Positions 53,642 to 64,000 of a stretch of 64,000 nt of DNA are shown piece after piece. The notes below the pieces were generated by a model, which searched no databases, was not told the DNA's origin, and saw nothing but the letters and a program-made list of their open reading frames with translations. Within the stretch, counting starts at the first letter, position 1. Each line of letters starts with the position of its first letter. This DNA is from Octopus vulgaris. Lineage: Eukaryota. The stretch covers positions 16,740,001-16,804,000 of the forward strand of contig OX597817.1 in the NCBI GenBank assembly GCA_951406725.2, read 5' to 3'. The position numbers and the translations under genes are program-made.

Positions 53642-54062
53642 GGATCTTTTCGGTTTGAACGGCAGTTTTTAGCATAATTTCTAGATAACTAAAAAATTAA
53701 AAACTGCGTATACTGGTAGAATGCGTTTATAAAACATCTTTTTCCCTTGGCTTTATTGAGAAAATTCTATAGTTTGTAAGATATTTGTTGTTTTTTTCTT
53801 CAATTTCTGCAATTTCAACCAATCAGTGACGTCTATTGAGTTAAAAAGCATTCTGTGCCGTATGAATATGTCCCTCGTTTAAGAAACAGATTGGGTTTAT
53901 TTACATTTGTGAAGAAAAAAAGATACCCTTCACCCACCCCTAACCCTAACCCTAACCCTTTAAGAGATTGAAATGCAATAGATCGATTACAGGGTCATAA
54001 TTATGGGTGACAATTTCATATGACACCGCTAGAAAAAACTGCCGTTCAAACCGAAAAGATCC
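53642..54062. mobile_element. Merlin-like MITE with 8-bp TSD and internal (CCCTAA)n
   Basis: TIR ggatcttttcggtttgaacggcagttttt; TSD gatctcat at 53634-53641 and 54063-54070; three ccctaa units at about 53938-53955. Confidence 0.88.
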
Positions 54063-55194
54063 GATCTCATAACTCCCTGGGAACATGAAGTTATCCATGT
54101 ATGCTAGTGGTTGCAAAATATCCGCAATCGAAGACTCAGTTCCTGTTTATTTTCCTGCTTTGTTTTCAAAGATCCGCGCATGATAAGGATTTATATTTTC
54201 GTATGGTCTCACCATCATTTCTCAGAAGCAGGAAAGTAATGTTTGTATACTGTTGATTTGAAGTAGTGACTCTAATACAGGAATCACTCGATTCTCAGGA
54301 AAGAAATTTCAGTACAAGGAGGAGATCCAAACTGGAAAAAAATATACTCTGTATTCCCAGAGTAACGCATGTCACAACTTCTCGATTCCCACCCTTAAAG
54401 TTTTAAGCGTTATGTGTATGCAAGAAACGTATGTAATGGTAAGAAGTAAAAAAACAAGCGCATATATAAAAAAACAATATACATTTAAGTGATAGTGAAA
54501 TACTCAGGGGCGCCTGCTACACGAAAAAAAAAACATAGTAAAGTGGGTGCTAACAAACATACATGATATAGTGAATCAAGAAAGTTTAATAAGCTTTTCG
54601 TGTATAAATATTCAGTAGTATGGTAACTAAAAGATTAGGGAAAAATATCTAAGAACACCTGCATGAAAAATATTGAGCAAGGTGGGCGTTAAAAGATTGG
54701 ACGTAGAGATACAATAAATCTTAATGAATTAACGTGACACCTAGCGTGGAATCCCAACACATTACTTTCATTAGCGATTCTAATCCAGAAAGACATGCGG
54801 AGACAACACGGAATTTATATTAAATTAGAACTAATTAAGTGTATAATGCAGTGAGGCTTGAGTTTGATCTTTAGCAGCAGGGGAATAGCTCTGGAGAGGA
54901 ACAGCTCTGAAAATTTTCGGTCTTATTTGACCACATCAGCTCGAGATAGAAAGGAATACAGAAAGAAACAAGGAAAGAAAATAAAGAATGTGTAGTGGCT
55001 AGCGATCTATCATGGCGAATGCCAGACAGATGGGTCATACAAGAGAGCTAGGAAGAAGGGGAGATAACAAAGTAGTGGTGATCCTAAATACCATCGAGAG
55101 GATACAGGATTTTCGGAAACGAACACTTTTTGGCTTGACAAGTTAAAAGAATGATTGAGAGAAAAATAAGCTACGGCTGCATAAACAAACAAAT

Positions 55195-55410
55195 GTTGAT
55201 TTCAAATTTTGGCACAAGGCCAGGATTTTAGAGGAGGGACAAGTCGATTACATCGATCCCTCTGCACAACTGGTACTTATTTTATCCACCCCAAAAGGAT
55301 GAAAGGCAAAGTCGACCTCGGCGGAATTTGAACTCAGAACGTAAGGAGGGACGAAATGCCGCTCAGCATTTTAACCGGCATGCTAATTATCCTGCCAGCT
55401 CGCCTCCTTT
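55195..55410 (-). mobile_element. SINE family B, older subfamily
   Basis: Reverse-complement head, core and tail. Confidence 0.82.
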
Positions 55411-55894
55411 AAGCAAATAAATATTAATTAAAGAGGGCGCTACTAGATATGATGTAATAAACCGAGAAGTCTACAATAATTAGTGATGTTTATCGCCACT
55501 TCAACGTGGATGTTCTTTGAGGATGGCCGATACTGCTATTTTAACCCTAGGAACACTTCCACCGATTGGCTCTTCAGCGCGTTTCGCACTTGATATATGC
55601 TGCAAGCGGGGAGAGAACTCCCTACTATCCTAGCTCGAAGACCATCATATAACGTGATTTCGATCTTATTGGATCACCTCCAGAGATCGATACTCGGCTG
55701 ATAGATTTTTTTCTCTTTATTACAGGCACAAGGCCTAAATATAAAGGGGACGTAAAAAAGACGCGCGGGAACATAAAACACATGAAGGATGATATGTGAA
55801 ATGATATATAAATAATGCAAATGTGACGGTCATCTCGCTCCCGCTGCGAGATGAAACCGCGAATTCCTTTTTTACACTTAAACCTTTCGATAGC

Positions 55895-56657
55895 TGTTCC
55901 TTCTTGAGCCATGCCAGGCTCATAAGGGCCGGTTTCCCGGTTTCAGTGGCGTAGAAATTCCCCCACCTGGAAGGGACGCCGGTCCGTCGCAGGATTTCTC
56001 ATTTTTGCTAGCCAGCTTAGTGGACTGGTGCAACGTGAAATGAAGTGTTTTGCTCAAGAACACAACGCATCGCCCGGTCCAGGAATCGAAACCACAATCT
56101 TATGATCATGATGCTGACACCCTAACCACTAAGCCACGCGCCTCCACTTAAATGTTCTTTCTTGAGCCATGCCAGGCTCATAAGGGCCGGTTTCCCGGTT
56201 TCAGTGGCGTAGAAATTCCCCACCTGGAAGGGACGCCGGTCCGTCGCAGGATTTCTCATTTTTGCTAGCCAGCTTAGTGGACTGGTGCAACGTGAAATGA
56301 AGTGTTTTGCTCAAGAACACAACGCATCGCCCGGTCCAGGAATCGAAACCACAATCTTACGATCATGATGCTGACACCCTAACCACTAAGCCACGCGCCT
56401 CCACTTAAATGTTCCTTCTTGAGCCATGCCAGGCTCATAAGGGCCGGTTTCCCGGTTTCAGCGGCGTAGAAATTCCCCACCTGGACGGGACGTCGGTCCG
56501 TCGCAGGATTACTCATTTTTGCCAGCTGAGTGGACTGGTGCAACGTGAAATGAAGTGTTTTGCTCAAGAACACAACGCATCGCCCGGTCCAGGAATCGAA
56601 ACCACAACCTTACGATCATGAGTTCAACACCCTAACCACTAAGCCACATGCCTCCAC
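55895..56657 (-). mobile_element. Head-to-tail trimer of tRNA-derived SINE family D
   Basis: Units start at 55895, 56153 and 56410, joined by ttaaa; flanked by aaacct(t/c)tcgatagc at 55880-55894 and 56659-56673. Confidence 0.92.
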
Positions 56658-57684
56658 CAAACCTCTCGATAGCGTCTAGTTTCGCTCTGAGTCGAAACAG
56701 TTCGCAATATATAGAAAAAACAGTGTCACACAGTCACTGGTTTTGCAACTATCAAACTAGTTCGTTAGGAAAATCTCTATTAGAGATGGGAGCAGTAATT
56801 ATACTGTGAAGTAATGTTTATCGCCACTTAAACGTGGGTGTTCTTTGAGAACAAACGATACTACTATTTTAACTCCAGGAGGACGCCTTCTTCCAACTAT
56901 CCTCACAAGTCATTCTGAGATTAGCAATACGATTACAGTGTGCTTCGCATATGCTTCACACTTCATTTTATATTTAATTAATATCAATTTAATTTAGATA
57001 ACAGATTTATTTCCCTTGTCTTTCTAACTCGAATGATTTATTAAGATAATGACTTTTCTTATCTCTATGTGCATATTTTTAATGGATTAACATTCTTTGG
57101 TTCACAACATCAGTTTCGTTGGCATACATTTTAATAAATGTAAGGTACATGTTTATATCTTCGTAAAATTTACATATGAGATACAATATGTATATAGAGA
57201 ACAATGTATAGATAAGAAATACATACAGATAAATGCACAGATCTGTCTCCTTTTACACACACACACTCACATACGCATATATACGTATATGTATATGCAT
57301 ATATATATGCATGTATGTATGTAGATATATATGTGTTTGTGTGTGTGTAGTATACATGTGTGCGTGTGTGGGTGTTTTATTAAAAGGTAAATAAATAACA
57401 CAAGCATAGGAGCGATGAAATGCAACAAGATAAGAAGACTGACACTTCAAGGAACAGAAAGGCAATTTTTTTAACGTTTCGGAGCAAAGTTCTACATCGA
57501 TAAGAAAGAAAAGAGGAGAAAAAAAAAAAAAACAGAAAGAAAAAGGGACAGAGAAAATAACCAAGTACTGAAAGGTCGTGTTATTTGGAAAAGTCATTTT
57601 GGGACATGGATTGCACCCAATGTGCACACATACGCATAAGTAAACACACACACACACATATATACATACGTATATATAAATATT

Positions 57685-57739
<55 letters not shown>

Positions 57740-57744
<5 letters not shown>

Positions 57745-58130
57745 GGAGAATTCACAAAAAAAAAAAACAAAAGACAAAGACAGGTGGTGTAGAAAACAAA
57801 CAAATGTATTAGTTTAACGCTCGGGAAGTGAAAACGTCGTTAACGTTTCGAGCCAACGCTCTTCCATAGAAAGGAACACAGAAAGAAACGAGGTAAGAAA
57901 ATAAAGAATGTGTAGTCGCTAGCGATCTATCATGGCGAATGCCAGACAGAGGGGTCACACAGGAGAGCTGGGAAGAAGGGGAGATAACAAAGTAGTGGTG
58001 ATCCCATAACGAAGGTGCGCGTGCGTGTATATAAGAGAATATATATGTGCGTGTGGAAGAGGGCTGGTGACCTTGACGTGTGCGTGTGTGTATATGTAGG
58101 TGTGTGGATGTGGGGCTGGGAAGTGGTCAG
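57740..58130 (-). mobile_element. Probable Penelope-associated repeat with degenerate hammerhead-like motif; partial second copy at about 54946-55085
   Basis: Minus strand ggaa gagc gttg gctc gaaacgtta; shared block aataaagaatgtgtagt.gctagcgatctatcatggcgaatgccagacaga. Confidence 0.5.
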
Positions 58131-58189
58131 TGCTAGTGTGTGTGTGAAAGATTATGTATATGATATTTTATATATATATAGATTATCTA

Positions 58190-58271
<82 letters not shown>

Positions 58272-58495
58272 AATCTATATATATGTATATAGATTATCAC
58301 CATCCAGTCTATGTCTGGTATAATGATGTGGTTACCGATATATTAGAAGCATTACTGGTTATGATATACAGCGGAATATAGGAGAAATTATGATAAACAC
58401 AAATTTATATAATTTTTTCCGTACGTGCGATTCACCACGTATGATATAAACTTTAGTGTATCATAATTTCTCCTATATACATGCTTAAATACATA

Positions 58496-58499
<4 letters not shown>

Positions 58500-58554
<55 letters not shown>

Positions 58555-58667
58555 TATACAAATATATATATGTATGTATGTATGCATATACATATATGTA
58601 TACGTATGTATATATATGTATATATATGTATATATATATGTATCTATATATATATATATATATATAC

Positions 58668-58717
<50 letters not shown>

Positions 58718-58772
58718 ATGTATATATATATATATGTATATACATGCATATATATATGTATGTATATATTTA

Positions 58773-58833
<61 letters not shown>

Positions 58834-58935
58834 TTTTATATATATGCATATATATATGTGTACATATATATGCATATAAATGTGTATATATATGTTTGTA
58901 TATATATATATATCTGTGTGTGTGTGTGTGTGTGT
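58500..58935. repeat. (AT)n-rich compound microsatellite
   Basis: Directly visible; similar tracts at 59170-59400 and 62810-63355. Confidence 0.95.
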
Positions 58936-59264
58936 ATAAAAGTGAACAAAAAAGCGATTAATGTTTTAACACTAAAGCCGGTTGTAACTTACTGCAGTTA
59001 GGTAAGGAATTTTAGTTAATTAAAATCACACCCATGGTGAATAAATGTATTAGACAGTAATTAAATATATTGGGTTCTAAACAAATGGCTATTTGTCGTG
59101 TCTTGTAAAGGCACATAAATAGAAAAATAATTATACGTCTCTTTTGTACGTGAGAATGTGTGTGTGTGTCTATGTATTTATATATATATATATGCAAACA
59201 TACACATATACACATATACATACAGACACATGTACATACACACATGCATATATACATACACACA

Positions 59265-59360
<96 letters not shown>

Positions 59361-59900
59361 CAGATATGCACACACACACACACACACACGCACACACACA
59401 AATTAAACAATGCATATGTACGTTATGCGTGAAGGTTTGTTTTTGAGGCGGCAAAAGGGAGTAATAAAAATGTTTTGTATGAGTGCAAATAATTATCGAA
59501 TTTCCACAAGTACAGCGTGGCGCGTTGCTTCATTATTAATCGCTAAGGACATAGCTAATTATGCAGAGGGCCAAAATATGTCCCATATAGTTTTTCGCCG
59601 ATATTTTATCTCTTAGTTAGAAGGGAAGGCAGTGCCCATTACGGGCTACAGGGCCTGTAACACCTGTGTGATTGTTGGAAGCGTTATCTTTAAACCCGAA
59701 GCTTGTTTTGAATTCTTGCAACAGAGTGGACTTCGCTAAAGACATCCATGGTACCGGATAATGGTATCAAATCGAGTGACGTGTTAGGACTGTTCTGAAT
59801 TCGCAGTCAAAAACTGATTTTATCTTTTATATTTTTGAAGTCAAAAGTTGATTTATCTTTTATAGTTTTGAACCACCAGCAATTCACTGATAACCATTTA

Positions 59901-60419
59901 CCGTAAATCCTCGAGTATAATCCGCCTTTCCCCTCAAAATTTAAAGGTCAAAATCCCTAGTGCGTACTATATACGAGGTTAAACATGAAAAATATTTTCT
60001 ATGCAATGTCCGAGTATCTATTTGCTGTCCAGCAATGTCTATTCAGACGAATTTTGTGATGTCGGGCGCGAAAATACCTTAAGCTAAACCTGAAAGCAAG
60101 GAAGTCATAAAAGAATCATCCATAACTTGCAGTAAACAACATTTATTAAACGTTATTTCTGTTATTTCTTTATTTTCTGCAAACAAAATGCACAAAAAAG
60201 CTACACGTTTGCATTATGCTATATATACAATAATAATAAAGGACGTTACCGTATACATTTTTACAAACCAAGGACGTTATATAGACCTTCTTGACTCAAG
60301 TTAGAGAAGGGGTGCGTATTATACACAAGGTTCAGGTTTTTCAGAGGTACAACCCCCTAAAAATCCCCTGCGTATTATACTCAAGGGCGGACTATCGGAC
60401 CATACTCGAGGATTTACGG
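59901..60419. mobile_element. Tc1/mariner-superfamily (Tc2/pogo-like) MITE
   Basis: TA|ccgtaaatcctcgagtat ... atactcgaggatttacgg|TA; inverted homolog of 14255-14792. Confidence 0.9.
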
Positions 60420-61225
60420 TATTCTTTTATGCTTCATCCTCCCACATAAATGTAGAAATAAATGAGCTTTGTCAAAAAGAAGCTTTAATAATATTAACTC
60501 CATAATCTTAACGCCGGTTCAAGTTCCTTATAGCATTTTGTCTTAGCCCTCTGAAATGTGAGTTCTTGTACCACTCAAAGTGAAATTTTAAAGTGGTCTA
60601 CACTGTCCTGTTTATCTTGTATTTTACACTACAGTCTTTTGACTGTAGTGTACAATTGATTACAATTTGTTTGCTATTTCTAGCTGGCCGAACGACCGTG
60701 GAGATGTTCTTTCACTGGCTCGTGAAGCTTCCTTAGTAATTTATTGGAATCCTTTCAGATGGTTGTATTACTGCTCTCCAAACTCTGCCATTAGAAAACA
60801 CTCATCAGGGTGAACGCCAAAGTGCAACGCTGTTTTCTTCCCACTCGAAGTAGTTTTCACTCACCACTCGTGCTCTTGCGTGAATCTGATAATAATATTA
60901 CTTTGTTTCCTGATTATTCGAAAATATAAATCCAAAATAAAAAGAATAAAAGCAAATAGAATCTAAGATTTTCTTTTATTTCATATACGCACAACAGATT
61001 AGACTGTGGGGAAAACTCGTTAGATGCCAAGAATCTCCTAGTTATCCCAGGTTCTTGGCATCGAAGGAATTTATTATCATAATTATAATTGAGTTCAAAT
61101 TCCGCTGAGCTTGACTCTGCCTTTCTTCCTTTCGGGGTTGATGAAGTAAGCACCAAATGAGCACTGGGGTCGATGCAATCGACTTACTCACTTCCCCAGA
61201 ATTACTGGCCTAGTGTCAAAATTTG

Positions 61226-61856
<631 letters not shown>

Positions 61857-62975
61857 TAAGACGTCGCACAGTATCCAATATCGTGGTGTTGTTGATTGAA
61901 GATATTGTGTCTACTGGGGGTTTGTACTGTCTGTTAAGCGATAGAACTTCAAAAGCATGAAAAATAAAGTCAACTTTTGGCTTAAATCGTTTAAACATTA
62001 CATGCTTTTTGCGAAGTTCATTCTGTTGCGAGTATTTACGGCAGGCTACAGGAGGCATGCGGCTCTCAAATTCAGAAGAACAGAGGCTGTGGAAATAGTA
62101 ATGCTTAGGCAAAATGAGCATGAAGTTGTGAGTTCGATTCCCGAACCGTTAGTTGAGTGACCTTAATTTGGATGCGGTCTATGATGTTTATATGGGCAGC
62201 CGCAGCAGCGTAGCAACATTCCATTGTGGGTTTCATTTTAGCATTTTATGGGTGTCTAGAACAATGTTATCTAATGATCCCATTCTTTTCGAAGGCAGTA
62301 GGGTGGGATTTGAACAAACGTTATTAAGAGACCGAACGAATAAAATAGAGGTTTCCTATGTTGAATTGAATTTTATATTGATGATTAGAACAAAAAAAAA
62401 AATTCTTTAGATTTTTTTAATCCCGCTCTCAAGAGTACCATCAGCATTTTTATTTTTAAATAAAGAATACATTTATTTTGTGTTCGATAAATATCGTCAG
62501 CGTTAAAAAAATGAATAGCTTAATTATATTTAAAATGGTCGAGAATGGATTTTATTGCTAGGAAGTAATGAATAATGGGCTTTAGAAACTAATGAAGTCA
62601 AATATTTTTTGATTACATTCAATTTACTTTTTGATTGCATTCAATTTAAAGAATAGATGCTCGAAACAAAACGAAGCCGGTTGATTAGGCAATCGTCTAA
62701 GACTGCTATTATGTTTATTGTTTTTAGTTCTCCAGCGTATAACAAAGCAAAAATAGGAAATATTTCAAAGTTTATTAGAGATAAGAAAACGCATGCGCAC
62801 ACATATGCTTGAATACATATGCATACACATATGCATGCATATACATGCATACATATATACATATGTGCATGCATATATATACGTATATGCATGTTTATAT
62901 ATATATATACATACATGCATATATATATATACATACATATATAGATATACACACATATAAATATATACATACATT

Positions 62976-63019
<44 letters not shown>

Positions 63020-64000
63020 CACACATATATATATATATATATAATAATATAAATATATGTATGCATATATACACACATACACACAAATATATAATAATAT
63101 AAATAATATATATAAATAATATATATATGTATGCATATATACACACATATAGATATACACACATATAAATATATACATATATTTATATATATATATATAT
63201 ATATACATTCACACATATATATATAATATAAATAAATTATATATGTATGTATATATACACACAAATATATAATAATATAAATGATATATATATGTATGCA
63301 TATATACACACATACATGTACATGCCTACATATATATGTATATATACATGCATATATGGGTACAGGACATAAAAAAACGTAAACAAAATGAGAAACGAGA
63401 ACATCAAAACAAAAGTACGGAAAACGAATTTTTTTTTAACAACAAAATAAACAAATAGAGAAACGAGACAGGCAGCAGCATAAAGAACATTCCCTTCATC
63501 AGTTGTCCCTTGTTTAATCTACTCCGCGTTTCGAAATAATACACACACACACATCTTAATATATAAAATCTGTTCTGTCTGTCTGTTTGTGCGCTTATAA
63601 CTCGATTATTGTTCAACATGGATACACGAGAAAGTGGGGCGTTCGTAATCTAAAAACATTTTCAAAATTGTTAGTTTCAAAGTGAGAATTGCTATTTTTG
63701 TAATCTTTATGTCCTGTTTGTTCCGCCATTAAAACAACCAGTTGCTCAGACATCCGGTACATGCCATTTCGCTAGCAACAAAGGGAGTACAGGATGACAG
63801 TCAGCCAAAATCGTCGATATGTTGTCTCTCTTCTTTCCTCTCTCTGTGGGGTTAATATTCTTACTCTTTAGCTACAGTTTCTTATTCAAACTACATAATA
63901 GGCAGAATTGTCGGATTAAGACTGTAGGGTGTTTTGAGGGAGATTTGGCTGCTATTTTTACCGGGTCTAGCTACCTTGTGGAGGTCTGCCTCATTGATGT

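Noticed and set aside
53938-53958. Telomere or chromosome fusion site
   Set aside because: Only three units, lying inside a TSD-bounded MITE.

Overview
AT-rich, repeat-saturated eukaryotic DNA. The tRNA-derived SINE families and the density of (AT)n/(ATGT)n/(ATCT)n/(AAT)n tracts resemble octopus (coleoid cephalopod) genomes; this is inferred from repeat content. Only one host gene is supportable: a + strand chitin-binding (CBM14/peritrophin-A) protein. One exon at 2751-2977 is missing from the ORF track and is disrupted in its middle. It joins in phase, across a ~25.9 kb gap, to a terminal exon at 28893-30265 encoding a second CBM14 and a long charged/Gln-rich tail. The rest is mobile DNA: SINEs, CR1-group, R4/Dong-like and Tx1/L1-like LINE fragments, a Penelope-like GIY-YIG fragment, a decayed Tc1/mariner transposase, MITEs and Helitrons. 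The most notable structure is a non-coding 535-bp unit with an intact type I hammerhead ribozyme (27279-28699). It occurs as partial tandem copies in head-to-head inverted orientation inside an (AT)n tract ~190 bp upstream of the last exon, and looks like a retrozyme/circular-RNA retroelement. Further hammerhead motifs are scattered through the window. The first ~7 kb shows patchwork local duplications that may be assembly artefacts. Nearly all listed ORFs are microsatellite or SINE translations.
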